64,000 nt of DNA from an uncultured Flavobacteriales bacterium (GCA_937974275.1 CALJIF010000039.1:28897-92896), one strand, 5' to 3'. Counted from the stretch's first letter, positions 22,944 to 34,300 are shown. Translations and numbers: made by a program. Notes: generated from the letters alone by a model not told the origin.

Positions 22944-23569
22944 ACAGGTGTAGAAGGATTTTCGGCCAGCTTTTCTTTAATAGCAAGAAACGTAAGTAAT
23001 GGATTACTTGACTTCCATATGGTCCCGTATAAAGCTATACCCGTAAATCCTAATGATTGAGATGTGGTTGCATTTTCCAGGTTTGTTCCACCTCGCGCAA
23101 TAATGGGAATGCCGGAGCGCTGCAACGCGGATTGAAGGCTATGATGATTAAATCCGGCTCCGTAATTACCGCTAATACCATCGTAAATATTTCCCAAAAA
23201 CGCATAACTGTAGGCTTCCTTATTTTCATATAACGAAGCCAGTTTGTGAAATGAAGTAGTAATTAAAGCTGAAGGATTTTTAAGTTTTAATGATCGCTTG
23301 TTCCACCAGGTACTCCACTTTCTTTTTCGATGTGTTCGTGTAATGTGTATGCCGCCTAAGTTGTACTTTCTTGCAAGCTTATGATGACTATGAATAACGA
23401 TTCTATCGCGAAAGTGAGCCGGTATTGCTTTTATAAAATCTTCCATCTCACGCGTCCGCATCTTGGGCTTTCTCAGATGAAAAATTTCCAGCCCGTGTTC
23501 AAAAAGTGACGTCACGATAGTCGTCTCTTCAGGAACAGGTTTGGAGGATGAAATCACAATGAGTTTCAT
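22940..23569 (-). CDS. ThiE/TenI-family protein (thiamine-phosphate synthase-like TIM barrel)
   Basis: Collinear with ThiE: LEIFHLRKPK, HITRTH, IARGGTNLENATTSQSLGFTGIALYGTIW (C-terminal phosphate-binding GG..G region). Confidence 0.5.
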   Translation of the reverse strand: MKLIVISSSKPVPEETTIVTSLFEHGLEIFHLRKPKMRTREMEDFIKAIPAHFRDRIVIHSHHKLARKYNLGGIHITRTHRKRKWSTWWNKRSLKLKNPSALITTSFHKLASLYENKEAYSYAFLGNIYDGISGNYGAGFNHHSLQSALQRSGIPIIARGGTNLENATTSQSLGFTGIALYGTIWKSSNPLLTFLAIKEKLAENPSTPV

Positions 23570-24318
23570 AATGGTCGAATCGCGCGAATAAATTCAGCAA
23601 CCAAATTTGGTTCGTGTTCAAATATAGTTCCGCCAACCAATATGTCCGCACCGGCCTCGCAAATATTTCGAGCTTGTTCCGGTGTTGTAATTCCACCGCC
23701 TACTAATAACGGAGTGTCAATCACCGCACGTACAGCTTTAATTACTGCAGTACTCGGATGTTGTTGACCACCACTTCCGCCTTCCAAATAAATACACTTA
23801 AGTCCAAGTTGTGTCCCTGCTAATGCTGTTGCTGCTGCAATTTGGGGTTTGTCTGCCGGAATCGGAACGGTATTACTCATGTAACTTACCGCAGTAGGTT
23901 TCCCACTATCCATCAAAATGTAACCAACACTAATCACCTCTAATTTTGACTTGTGAATTAGAGGTGCCGCTAAAACATGTTGACCTATCAATAATTCAGG
24001 ATTACGTCCCGATATTAAACTCAGCAACAACAAACCATCAGCATTGTTGCAAATCTGAGAAGGGTTGCCCGGAAACAAAATCACGGGCTTGCGACATGCT
24101 TTTTTTATAAATTCAACTACTGATCGTGTATTGTTTTCTTCCAGTAACGTACCCCCAACAAGAAAAGCGTCAGGTAATTCGTTTTCAGGCAGCTGTACGA
24201 TGCTTTCAAGATGCCCTGTTTTGTCCGGATCTACGAGTACAAAAAGTTGTTTTCGCTGCTGTTTTTTCGCTTTGAGTATCTCTTCGTAAATCATACAGGC
24301 AAAGTATAAGCTAAGCAA
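23566..24318 (-). CDS. PcrB/GGGPS-family (geranylgeranylglyceryl phosphate synthase-like) TIM-barrel prenyltransferase
   Basis: FLVGGTL, ILFPGN, IYLEGGSGG, LLVGGGITTPEQARNICEAGADILVGGTIFE: diagnostic GGGPS/PcrB blocks. Confidence 0.6.
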   Translation of the reverse strand: MLSLYFACMIYEEILKAKKQQRKQLFVLVDPDKTGHLESIVQLPENELPDAFLVGGTLLEENNTRSVVEFIKKACRKPVILFPGNPSQICNNADGLLLLSLISGRNPELLIGQHVLAAPLIHKSKLEVISVGYILMDSGKPTAVSYMSNTVPIPADKPQIAAATALAGTQLGLKCIYLEGGSGGQQHPSTAVIKAVRAVIDTPLLVGGGITTPEQARNICEAGADILVGGTIFEHEPNLVAEFIRAIRPL

Positions 24319-24914
24319 TAGTCATCGTTAAGCATAAATCGAACCTCTCGTTTCAGAAAACCGGCATTACTATCAATCACCACCGGTACAATCCCTTCAT
24401 CGTGTAACGGAAGTTCTTTTACGAAAATATGACTCTTTAGAAACATGTCTTCACGCCCCACAACTTTAAACGAAGATTCTTTAATGCACCACATTTTCAA
24501 CGCGAGTTCTTCTGTCCATTTTTCACAGAAGATTATTTCGTCGTCATTTAAAAACTTTCTTAAAACCTTTAGTGCTTTCGAATTACTGAGTTCGATATCA
24601 ATCCCGCACATTGAATGGCTGAAATATGCTCCGAAATATGTACCGGAATGTGTAAAACTAACGTGCTGTCCATTACTTAATATTGGCTTACCACTAGCGT
24701 TGTAATTCAAAGAAACACCGGGGAAATGCTGTTCAACTAATATTCGCTGCAAATAATAATGTTGGAGCCGATGTTCCGCACTGTACTCGTTACCCGGCGA
24801 AATCACTTTACCTGCAAGTGCATCATGTACAGCAAGCTCTTCCGATGGTTCGGATACGTTCCAGATGTAAATGCAGGACGACGTGTCCGGATGTAGTGTC
24901 TGAGCCAACGGCAT
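24291..24914 (-). CDS. 4'-phosphopantetheinyl transferase superfamily protein
   Basis: GKPILSNGQHVSFTHSGTYFGAYFSHSMCGIDIELS ... WCIKESSFK: Sfp-type PPTase motifs (G-x-P, (I/V)D(I/V)E, W-x-x-KE-(S/A)-x-x-K). Confidence 0.65.
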   Translation of the reverse strand: MPLAQTLHPDTSSCIYIWNVSEPSEELAVHDALAGKVISPGNEYSAEHRLQHYYLQRILVEQHFPGVSLNYNASGKPILSNGQHVSFTHSGTYFGAYFSHSMCGIDIELSNSKALKVLRKFLNDDEIIFCEKWTEELALKMWCIKESSFKVVGREDMFLKSHIFVKELPLHDEGIVPVVIDSNAGFLKREVRFMLNDDYCLAYTLPV

Positions 24915-25009
24915 GGCGCAAAATACAGCATTTTAATCGTTTCGGATCATAATTTGGGTAATACCCTGAATTAAAGTACCTTTGCACTCCTAAAATAAAT
25001 CGTTATCAC

Positions 25010-26329
25010 ATGAGCAATACTGCTGTTCAAAAGTACATTCCTTACAAAGTGAAGGATATTTCCCTGGCAGAGTGGGGAAGAAAAGAAATTAAGTTGGCGG
25101 AAGCTGAAATGCCCGGTTTGATGTCCATCCGCAAAGAGTATGGCGCACAAAAACCTTTAAAAGGTGCACGTATTGCAGGTTGTCTGCACATGACTATTCA
25201 AACTGCTGTCTTAATCGAAACATTAGTTGAATTAGGTGCTGAAGTTACCTGGTCGTCTTGCAACATTTTCTCAACACAGGATCATGCTGCTGCTGCTATC
25301 GCTGCCGCAGGTATTTCTGTGTATGCATGGAAAGGAATGACCAACGAAGAATTCGATTGGTGCATAGAACAAACATTGTGGTTTGGTGAAGATCGCAAAC
25401 CGTTGAACATGATTTTGGACGACGGTGGTGATTTAACAAACATGGTGTTCGACCAGTATCCTGAATTGGCTGCCGGAATCCGCGGCTTGTCTGAAGAAAC
25501 TACAACCGGTGTGCATCGTTTATACGAGCGTATGCGCAAAGGAACATTATTGGTGCCGGCAATCAACATCAACGACTCAGTTACCAAATCAAAATTTGAT
25601 AACAAGTACGGTTGTCGTGAATCGTTGGTTGACGCTATTCGTCGTGCTACTGATGTGATGTTGGCAGGTAAAGTTGCCGTTGTTGCCGGTTACGGTGATG
25701 TTGGTAAAGGTTCTGCTCAATCATTAAGCAGTCAGGGTGTACGTGTTATTGTTACTGAAATCGATCCGATCTGCGCATTGCAGGCTGCTATGGATGGTTA
25801 CGAAGTGAAAAAGATGGACGACGCTGTAAAACGCGCTGACATCATCGTAACAGCAACTGGTAATAAAGATATCGTTGTTGAGCGTCACTTCCGCGCCATG
25901 AAGCACAATGCCATCGTTTGTAACATCGGTCACTTCGATACTGAAATCGATATGGCTTGGTTGAATAAGAATTACGGATCATCTAAAGATGAAATCAAAC
26001 CTCAGGTAGACAAGTATACCGTTGACGGAAAAGACATCATCGTTCTTGCTGAAGGTCGTTTGGTAAACTTAGGTTGTGCTACAGGACACCCATCTTTCGT
26101 GATGTCTAATTCATTTACCAACCAGACATTAGCGCAGTTGGAATTGTGGATGAATTCGGATAAGTACGAGAAGAAAGTGTACACGCTTCCAAAGCATTTG
26201 GATGAAAAAGTAGCGATGTTACACCTTGAGAAAATCGGCGTTGAGCTGGATGTATTATCATCTGATCAGGCTGAATATATTGGTGTTGCGGTAAACGGTC
26301 CGTTCAAGCCGGAGCATTATCGTTACTAA
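25010..26329 (+). CDS. ahcY: Adenosylhomocysteinase
   Basis: 439 aa. [27 protein letters not shown]-terminus. NAD-binding GYGDVGKG. C-terminal EHYRY. Confidence 0.95.
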   Translation: MSNTAVQKYIPYKVKDISLAEWGRKEIKLAEAEMPGLMSIRKEYGAQKPLKGARIAGCLHMTIQTAVLIETLVELGAEVTWSSCNIFSTQDHAAAAIAAAGISVYAWKGMTNEEFDWCIEQTLWFGEDRKPLNMILDDGGDLTNMVFDQYPELAAGIRGLSEETTTGVHRLYERMRKGTLLVPAININDSVTKSKFDNKYGCRESLVDAIRRATDVMLAGKVAVVAGYGDVGKGSAQSLSSQGVRVIVTEIDPICALQAAMDGYEVKKMDDAVKRADIIVTATGNKDIVVERHFRAMKHNAIVCNIGHFDTEIDMAWLNKNYGSSKDEIKPQVDKYTVDGKDIIVLAEGRLVNLGCATGHPSFVMSNSFTNQTLAQLELWMNSDKYEKKVYTLPKHLDEKVAMLHLEKIGVELDVLSSDQAEYIGVAVNGPFKPEHYRY

Positions 26330-26350
26330 TCTTAAGCAGATTGATAGCAT

Positions 26351-26385
26351 AAAAAAATCCTCCGCATCAGGAGGATTTTTTTTGT
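26351..26385. terminator. Bidirectional rho-independent terminator (ahcY / convergent lipoprotein gene)
   Basis: AAAAAAATCCTCCGCATCAGGAGGATTTTTTTT. Confidence 0.7.
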
Positions 26386-26850
26386 TTAGTTGGTTACTCG
26401 CACCATTGTACCATCAAACACGGTTCGATATTGTTTCATTGGAACCAATGCCGGTGTTTGCAAAGTAGATCCATCCAGCAATTGAAATTTACTGCCGCAG
26501 CTTTCATCAACGGCAATAATATTGTTGGACGTATCAACTACGATCAGACTGGTTGGTTCTTCTACTTTGTACGGACAAGCGCGATCATAAGCCATAAATT
26601 CATTTTGTGATTTACGATACACAAGCACGCCCCGATAGCCTCCTGAAAAATACTTCCATCCACCGATATTCGTCAACTCGATATTTTGTGGATCCGATAG
26701 ATATATCCTTAAGTCAACAAATGCAGGCGGAACGCCTTGTTGCTCTTCCTTGCAGGAAACAAACATCCACATCAGCAATAGTAATGCAATAGGCTTCGTT
26801 ATTGTCATGTAGTAAAGATAAATGAACCTGCCGGGAAATAACGATATCAT
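26386..26850 (-). CDS. Hypothetical lipoprotein
   Basis: Lipobox-like LLLMWMFVSC after an internal Met (MTITKP...). No known motif. Confidence 0.4.
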   Translation of the reverse strand: MISLFPGRFIYLYYMTITKPIALLLLMWMFVSCKEEQQGVPPAFVDLRIYLSDPQNIELTNIGGWKYFSGGYRGVLVYRKSQNEFMAYDRACPYKVEEPTSLIVVDTSNNIIAVDESCGSKFQLLDGSTLQTPALVPMKQYRTVFDGTMVRVTN

Positions 26851-26888
26851 GGTGCGATTATTGTAATGTCAATATGTAAGTTTGTGGT

Positions 26889-27224
26889 ATGAGATTCAGA
26901 AACGCATTTCGCATTTTGTTTTTAACGCTGAGCATCATGTTTGCCGCGTCTTCATTTGCACAGGATAACGGTGGCGGCGGTAAAGACAACGGTGAACAAA
27001 AAGCACCTACATCTCGAGCGGAGCGTAAAAAAGCTAAGGCAGAGTGGAAGAAGCAGCGTAAAAAGGAAATGTCTGATGCAAAAGCAAAGAAAGAATACCA
27101 CAAGAAATACAACACCAAGAAAACGCGCAAACGCATGAAAAAAACTGCAAAGAAGGCCAAAATGGTGAACGAAAATAAGCGCGAATTTTTTGTTAAACGT
27201 TGGTTTAAGAAGCTAAAGAAATAG
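26889..27224 (+). CDS. Secreted highly basic Lys-rich small protein
   Basis: Signal peptide MRFRNAFRILFLTLSIMFAASSFAQ, then a K/R/E-rich low-complexity region. Preferred over the overlapping antisense ORF. A TAAGTTTG -7-like box lies just upstream. Confidence 0.4.
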   Translation: MRFRNAFRILFLTLSIMFAASSFAQDNGGGGKDNGEQKAPTSRAERKKAKAEWKKQRKKEMSDAKAKKEYHKKYNTKKTRKRMKKTAKKAKMVNENKREFFVKRWFKKLKK

Positions 27225-27559
27225 TTTTCCAGTTATCGCCGTTTTGCTGCCACATGGCTCCAATTTTCTACCGTTAAATAGAAACGAATAACTTTTTGAG
27301 ATTTCTTAACGTTTTCATCATACATTAGCGAAACGTTCTTTGATGTCATTCTGAAGTCAATGACATAACCCGGAAGAAATTCCGAACCCGGTAACCGCAA
27401 GGTTGCGTTCGATACCTGATCCGTTTCGAATACCACTGCTCACATCCCCCCGGCAGGAGGTTATTAAGTAAGTTAGTTTGTTTAGTTTTTTCAATACTTT
27501 GATTGCTGATAATCAATGTGTTGAATCTTTGTTTTGGACGTGTTAAATTTTATTAAAAG

Positions 27560-27567
27560 TAAATTTG
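27560..27567 (+). promoter_or_regulatory. Bacteroidota sigma-A type -7 promoter box (TAAATTTG) for the TBDR/T9SS-cargo operon
   Basis: TAnnTTTG consensus match about 80 nt upstream of the preferred ATG (27649). A TTG lies about 20 bp further upstream. Confidence 0.35.
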
Positions 27568-27648
27568 CAGGTCAAAAATAAAACTCTCTATATTTACCGA
27601 CTTCAATTGCACGACCAATTAAAATTTAACACACGAAACAGAACCATT

Positions 27649-30600
27649 ATGCTGCGAAAAATTTACGTTGCAATTGCCTTCGTGTTGGCAAGTGTATCGT
27701 TCGCCGTCGCTCAGAGCGGCGGTGCGATTAAAGGAAAGCTCGTCGATAAAGCGACGAAAGAGGGGATACCGTTTGCGGTTATTACCTGTTCTCTAAATGG
27801 TGTAAACGCCGGTGGGGCCACTACGGATCTCAACGGTGAGTTTATGTTGAAGCCACTCTCTGCGGGTAGCTACAACGTAAAAGCACAATACACCGGTTAC
27901 CAACCTACCGAAATGAAAGGTATCATGGTTGGCGAATTGAAAACTACGTATATCACCATTGAAATGAATGCTACCAGCGTTCAGTTGAATGACGTGGTAA
28001 TCGTAGAATACAAGGAGCCACTCATCGACCCGGATACGAAGTCAGGTGGAACTGTAACACGTGAAGAATTCTTGGCGATGCCTTCGAAAAACATCAACTC
28101 AGTAGCTTCTACTACTGCGGGTGTTTATCAAAGTGATGAAGGCCGAGGTTTGAACATGCGTGGTCAGCGTTCCGACGGTACTGCGTATTTCATCGACGGT
28201 CAGCGTGTAATAGGTTCGCCGAACATGCCTCAGCAGTCTATCGAACAAGTAAGCGTGATCACCGGTGGTGTTCCTGCTCAGTTCGGTGATGCGACAGGTG
28301 GTGTAATCAACATTACTACGCGCGGTCCTCAGAGCCAGTATTTCGGTGGTGTGGAATTAATCACTTCAGAAGTTCTCGACGACTACGGATACAATTTCGT
28401 AGGTTTCAGTGTTGGTGGACCAATCTGGATGAAGAAGGATTCCGTGAACGGCAATAAGCCGGTTCTTGGTTTCATCTTATCGGGTGAAGGTGTTTTGGAA
28501 AAAGACCCGAATCCATCAGCTATTGGTACATATAAAGTAAACGACGATAAGCTTCGTGATTTGGAAGCTAACCCTTTGCGTCCGGCTCCAAACGGCGCAG
28601 GTTTCGTTCGTAACGCTGAATTCGTAACAATGGGTGATTTGGAAAAAATCCCAGCACGTCAGAATGTTTCTACTCGCGCTTTACGTCTTAACGCAAAAAT
28701 CGATTTCAAACCAACCGATAACCTGAACATCACATTCGGTGGTTCTATAGATTACGGGACTAATTACGGTTACGTATATGAATATGCGTTGTTTAACCCA
28801 AGCAACAACCCTACCACTACAGATAATACCTGGCGTGTATATGCGCGTTTGACGCAGCGTTTCGGCTCTAATGATCCGAAATCTTCTTCTAACATTAAGA
28901 ATGCATACTATACATTACAAGTGGGTTATACCCAGTTCAAGTCTGTAACTGAAGATGATTCACACCGTGACCGTGTATTTGATTACGGTTATGTTGGTAC
29001 TTTCAATCAATACAAGCGTCGTGCATTCGCTCCCGGCACTGTTGTTATCAACGGTGATACTTTGAGCGGGTATGTTCAGACTGCTTTCGCTGATTCAGCA
29101 TTAACCTTCCAGCCATATTACTTAAATGAAAATGGTGAGCAGGTTAATCCGAATCCTTTGATGGCCAACTACACTGATTACGTATTCGATAACTTCGGTT
29201 CTCAGGTGGTTAACGGTGATCAGGTGTTGGCAAACTTAGGTTTGTTGAACGGTTATCGTCCATCTAACGTATACTCCTTGTGGTATAACACCGGTCGTCA
29301 GTATAACGGATATCAGATTCAGGACAATACGCAATTCCGTGTGTTCACAATGTTCTCTGCTGACGTTAAGAATCACGCTATTCAGGTTGGTTTCGAATTT
29401 GAGCAACGCGCTGAACGTGCTTATTCATTAAGCCCGTTAGATCTTTGGATTCGTATGCGTCAATTGGCGAACTTCCACTTAACTCAGTTGGATGTTGCTA
29501 ATCCACAGCAGGTAGATTTCGGTACTTACGATGCCTTCTTATATGATCGTTTTTATGACGGTAGCCAGCAACGTTATTTCGATAAGCAGTTGCGTGCTAA
29601 ATTAGGTTTAGCTGAAAACAGCACCGATTGGATCGATATCGATTCTTATTCGCCTGATTTCTTCTCTGTAGATATGTTCAGCGCTGACGACTTATTGTTG
29701 GACGGTTCAAACATCGTTTCTTATTATGGTTACGATCACACCGGTAAGCGCATGAAGGCAAGTGATAACCCATCTTTCGACGATTTCTTTACACGTCAGG
29801 AAAATGGTGTGTTTACACGCTCAATCGGTGCTTTCCGCCCAATCTACATGGCAGGATTTATCCAGGACAAGTTTGACTTCAAAGATTTGAAGTTTAACGT
29901 AGGTTTGCGTGTTGACCGTTTCGATGCTAACCAGCAGGTATTGAAGGACAAGTACTTGTTCTATGAAGCAAAAACTGTAGGTGAAGTAGGTAACTTCTCA
30001 CACCCTGATAACATGGGCGATGACTATGTGGTTTATGTTAATGATGCTAACAACCCAACAGGTGTAGTTGGTTACCGTAACGGAGACAAGTGGTACAATG
30101 CTCAGGGTAACGAAATTCAGGATCCTGCGGTATTGGCGCAGGCTACTACTACCGGTCGTATCACTCCATACTTGGTTGATCCTACTCAGACTGCAGTAAC
30201 ATCAAAAGCATTTAAAGATTACGATCCTCAGTTGATCTTCATGCCACGTATCGCGTTCGCATTCCCGATATCTGATGAGGCCAACTTCTTCGCTCACTAC
30301 GACGTATTGACTCAGCGTCCTACAACAGGTTATCGTTTGGATCCGATCCAGTACTACTACATTCAGAACCGCGTTGGATTGTTCAACAACAACCCGGATT
30401 TGAAACCACAACGTACTACTGACTACGAATTAGGTTTCACTCAGACCTTGTCAGCTCGTAAGAATGCAGCTATTACATTAACGGCATTCTATCGTGAAAT
30501 GCGTAACATGATTCAGGCTGTAGCTGTTAACTACGCTTATCCTGTTAACTACTTCACATTTGGTAACATCGACTTCGGTACCGTTAAAGGTTTCACTGTA

Positions 30601-31326
30601 GCGTATGACTTGCGTCGTACAGGCGGTGTTCAGTTGACAGCAAGCTATACCTTGCAGTTCGCAGATGGTACAGGTTCCGGTGCTACAGAAGCTGCTAACT
30701 TGATCAACTCCGGTCAGCCTAACTTGAGAACAACTATTCCGTTGGATTTCGATCAGCGTCATGCAATCGTTGCTAACGTTGATTACCGTTTCGGTTCAGG
30801 TCAAAACTACACAGGTCCGGTTTGGACACGGAAGAACGGTAAGTCTGTTCGTGTGTTCGACAACGTTGGTGCTAACTTAGTATTCCGTGCAGGTTCAGGC
30901 ACACCTTACACGAAGCAGTCTAACCCAACTCCTGAAGCGCAGTTCGGTATTGCTACGCGTCAAAACTTGGACGGTTCTGTTAACGGTTCTCGTTTGCCTT
31001 GGCAGTATCGTATGGACTTGCGTATCGACAAGAACGTTGAGTTGTCATGGGGTGGAACACCTGAAGGTGATGGCCGCAAGATGGCTAACCTGAACATTTA
31101 TTTGCAGGTGTTGAACGTGTTGAACACTCGTAACGTATTAAACGTTTACCGTTACACCGGTAACGCGAATGATGACGGTTACCTGGCTGCAGCACAAACT
31201 CAGCAGATCATCAATGCTCAGAACGATCCGACTTCATTCATGGATTTGTATACAGTAAAAGTGAATAATCCTTCGAACTACAGCATCCCTCGCCGTATTC
31301 GTTTGGGTGTAATGCTAGATTTCTAA
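27649..31326 (+). CDS. Giant TonB-dependent receptor-like outer-membrane protein (CarbopepD_reg + plug + large barrel)
   Basis: Signal peptide MLRKIYVAIAFVLASVSFAVAQ. CarbopepD_reg domain (GKLVDKATKEGIPFAVITC). Plug (IEQVSVITGGVPAQFGDATGGVINITTRGP). C-terminal ...RIRLGVMLDF with terminal Phe. The track ORF starts at 27565; the ATG at 27649 is preferred. Confidence 0.8.
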   Translation: MLRKIYVAIAFVLASVSFAVAQSGGAIKGKLVDKATKEGIPFAVITCSLNGVNAGGATTDLNGEFMLKPLSAGSYNVKAQYTGYQPTEMKGIMVGELKTTYITIEMNATSVQLNDVVIVEYKEPLIDPDTKSGGTVTREEFLAMPSKNINSVASTTAGVYQSDEGRGLNMRGQRSDGTAYFIDGQRVIGSPNMPQQSIEQVSVITGGVPAQFGDATGGVINITTRGPQSQYFGGVELITSEVLDDYGYNFVGFSVGGPIWMKKDSVNGNKPVLGFILSGEGVLEKDPNPSAIGTYKVNDDKLRDLEANPLRPAPNGAGFVRNAEFVTMGDLEKIPARQNVSTRALRLNAKIDFKPTDNLNITFGGSIDYGTNYGYVYEYALFNPSNNPTTTDNTWRVYARLTQRFGSNDPKSSSNIKNAYYTLQVGYTQFKSVTEDDSHRDRVFDYGYVGTFNQYKRRAFAPGTVVINGDTLSGYVQTAFADSALTFQPYYLNENGEQVNPNPLMANYTDYVFDNFGSQVVNGDQVLANLGLLNGYRPSNVYSLWYNTGRQYNGYQIQDNTQFRVFTMFSADVKNHAIQVGFEFEQRAERAYSLSPLDLWIRMRQLANFHLTQLDVANPQQVDFGTYDAFLYDRFYDGSQQRYFDKQLRAKLGLAENSTDWIDIDSYSPDFFSVDMFSADDLLLDGSNIVSYYGYDHTGKRMKASDNPSFDDFFTRQENGVFTRSIGAFRPIYMAGFIQDKFDFKDLKFNVGLRVDRFDANQQVLKDKYLFYEAKTVGEVGNFSHPDNMGDDYVVYVNDANNPTGVVGYRNGDKWYNAQGNEIQDPAVLAQATTTGRITPYLVDPTQTAVTSKAFKDYDPQLIFMPRIAFAFPISDEANFFAHYDVLTQRPTTGYRLDPIQYYYIQNRVGLFNNNPDLKPQRTTDYELGFTQTLSARKNAAITLTAFYREMRNMIQAVAVNYAYPVNYFTFGNIDFGTVKGFTVAYDLRRTGGVQLTASYTLQFADGTGSGATEAANLINSGQPNLRTTIPLDFDQRHAIVANVDYRFGSGQNYTGPVWTRKNGKSVRVFDNVGANLVFRAGSGTPYTKQSNPTPEAQFGIATRQNLDGSVNGSRLPWQYRMDLRIDKNVELSWGGTPEGDGRKMANLNIYLQVLNVLNTRNVLNVYRYTGNANDDGYLAAAQTQQIINAQNDPTSFMDLYTVKVNNPSNYSIPRRIRLGVMLDF

Positions 31327-31390
31327 ACAGGAACGCGTGATTGATCCCAATACAGAAATTCAGTTAGTAAGAAACAAAAAAGGAAGTAAA

Positions 31391-34300
31391 ATGAAAATCA
31401 AGCGTAATCTTCATGTTTGGTCTCTCACAGCGGCGATGGCATTAACTGTCGCTGCATCTGCAAGAGAGAATGGAGCGTCCGGGGGACGTAGACCAAATGG
31501 TAGTATGCGTGTCACTACTCAAGATCAGTTAGCTGCATCTTGTACGCCGGCAACGGCTAAAACCGACTTGGAAATCAATAACGTTCGTACAACGATTATG
31601 ACCGGCGGTGATATGTGGTGGGACTTGAACAATGCCAAGTACGAAGTTCCTAAGGGTAGTAAGGCGCACTCTGTGTTTGCCGGAGCTCTTTGGATTGGTG
31701 GTTTAGATGCGGGTGGACAGTTGAAAGTTGCTGCAATGACTTACCGTCAGACCGGTAACGACTTCTGGCCGGGTCCGTTGGATACGACGACTGTATCTAT
31801 TGATGGTGCAGTTTGTAATAGCTACGACCGCCACTGGAAAATTACCCGTAAAGAAGTAGAAGATTTCTACTCTTACACTTTAGGACAGGGTCCTTCAGGG
31901 TATACTGTGCCTCTGGTTATTCAGAACTGGCCCGGTAACGGTGATGCGGCATTTGGACAAGGTAAATACCTGGCTCCATTCGTGGACGTAAACGGCGACG
32001 GTTTCTACGATTACACTGCGGGTGATTACCCTGCATTTGATGTGGCGGGTAATTTAGGTTGCTCTAAGAATCAGATCTATGGTGACCAGTGTTTATGGTG
32101 GGTGTTTAACGATAAAGGTAACGTACACTCTGAATCAGGTGCACAGGCGATTGGTTTGGAAATTCATGCGCAAGCTTTCGCTTTCTCTACGAACGATGAA
32201 ATCAACAACATGACGTTCTATTCGTATAAGATTATCAACCGTTCTACAGTATCGATGAACAACACTTATTTCGGTCAGTGGACTGACGCAGATTTGGGTG
32301 ATTATTTGGACGACTATGTAGGTTGCGACGTTGGTCGTGGTTTGGGTTATACGTATAACGGAGATGCAAACGACGGTGCTTCTGCACAACCAACTTTAGG
32401 TACTTATGGTGCAAATCCTCCTGCAATTGGAATGGACTTTTTCGAAGGTCCTTTGGCAGACCCAGGTGACGGTATCGATAACGATAGAGATGGTCAAGAA
32501 GATGAGGTTGGTGAACAGATTATTATGTCGAAGTTCGTTTACTATAATAACGATTTTACAATTATAGGCAATCCAGAAAATGCGACACATTTTTACAATT
32601 ACTTGTCAGGTTTTTGGAAGGATGGCTCACCTTTAACGTATGGCGGAAACGCATACGGTGGTTCTTTGGTATGTGATTTTATGTTCCCGGGAAATTCGGA
32701 TCCACTTGGATGGGGAACTAACTTTGTACCTCAGTCTCCATGGGATGAGGCTTCTGTAGGTAACACTCCTGCTGACCGTCGTATGTTGCAATCTGCAGGT
32801 CCGTTTACATTGCAGCCGGGTGCAGTTAACTTCATCACTGTAGGTGCTGTTTGGGCACGTGCAGCGAGTGGTGGTCCAGCGGCTTCTGTTGCATTGATGC
32901 GTGTAACAGACGATAAAGCACAGCGCTTGTTTGACAACTGTTTCCGTACGTTGGACGGTCCTGACGCTCCTGATATGACCATCCAAGAGTTGGATAAAGA
33001 ATTGTTGATTTATTTGTCTAACAAAGAGACGGGTAACAACTACCTGAATAGTTACGAAGCATTTGATCCGGGTATCGTTTATAGCAACGTTGCTCCGGGT
33101 ATTGATACTACTTACAACTTCGAAGGATATCAAATCTTCCAGTTGAAAGATGCGACCGTGACTACTGCCGACTTGTACAATCCTGACAAAGCCCGTTTGG
33201 TTTATCAGTGCGACGTTAAGAATGGTGTAACTAACTTGGTTAACCGCGAATTTGATCAGGCATTGAATGCAGACGTTCCAAAGGATATGACCTTGCAGGC
33301 GAACGACGAAGGAATCTTCAATTCCTTCCAGATCACTGAAGATGCTTTTGCAACAGGAGATCGTCGTTTGATTAACCACAAGACCTATTATTATATGGCT
33401 GTTTCGTACGCTCATAATAATTATATCCAATACTCTGACGTGAGCTTCGATCCTTTGAATGCAACTTCACCTTCTAACATCGGTCAAAAGAAGCCTTACT
33501 TAGCAGGTCGTCGTAACATTAAGGTGTACACTGCGATTCCTCACATCCCATCTCCTGAAGCCGGTGGAACCAACCAACAGGCGGCTTACGGCTCAGGTCC
33601 AAAGTTGACTCGCTTGGAAGGATCAGGTAATGGACAGAATGCATTAGAATTGACACAATCTTCTATCGATGCGATTCTGAATGCAACAACCGTTAACAAC
33701 GGAGGAACAAGTCGCGTTGATCAGATTACTTATGAGAATGGTGCAGGTCCTGTGAATATCAAAGTAATTGATCCGTTGAATGTTCCTGAAGGTGAATTCA
33801 CTATTCAGATCATCAACAACCCGAATAACCGTCCGGTCGTTATTGACACTGCGCGTTGGGTATTAACACAAACGTCTCCTGTATCTCGTTCATGGAGTTC
33901 AGATACTACCTTGAACATTTATAGCACTTATTTTAATGAACAGATTATCCCTGAATTGGGTATGTCGGTTACTTTGGCACAGGTGAATCCTCCTGGCTTT
34001 ACAAGTGGTCAGCAGGTGAATCCGATTCAGAATGGTTTGCTGGGATCTTCAATCACGTTCGCAGATCCTACTAAGGATTGGTTGACAGGAATTCAGGATG
34101 ACGACAGTAACTCTGAATACAACTGGATTCGTGGTGGTACTACAACGGGTACGGGCGTGTGCGTTGCTGAGTTCAACGACCGTTCTATTGGTCCAAACTT
34201 TATTGATCCGGACGCTCAGTACGAAAAAGTAGTTAATGGAACTTGGGGGCCTTATCGTTTGGTTGCGGACAACATTTCTCCAACTGCCACACAACCGTGT

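Noticed and set aside
26858-27160. 100-aa minus-strand ORF overlapping the Lys-rich secreted protein gene
   Set aside because: The plus-strand ORF has a clean signal peptide and a nearby -7 box. The antisense frame is Phe/Leu-rich with no features.
27425-27445. ACCACTG resembling the cobalamin riboswitch B12 box upstream of a TonB-dependent receptor
   Set aside because: Other obligatory cobalamin-riboswitch elements (AGGGAA, GGTGAAAATCC) are absent on either strand.
27395-27450. Minus-strand GGGGGGATGTGAGCAGTGGTATTCGAAACGG resembles a tmRNA 5' end (GGGG..GG.TTCGA..GG), and the plus strand has TTCGATACC T-loop-like repeats
   Set aside because: No matching tRNA-like 3' end (GGTTCGA.TCC...CCA) within 300-450 nt on the same strand, and no acceptor/D-arm pairing can be drawn. 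Kept only as part of the unexplained structured leader.
32633-33430. 265-aa minus-strand ORF inside the T9SS cargo gene
   Set aside because: Fully antisense to a long, well-supported CDS. Cys/Val-rich translation typical of antisense frames.
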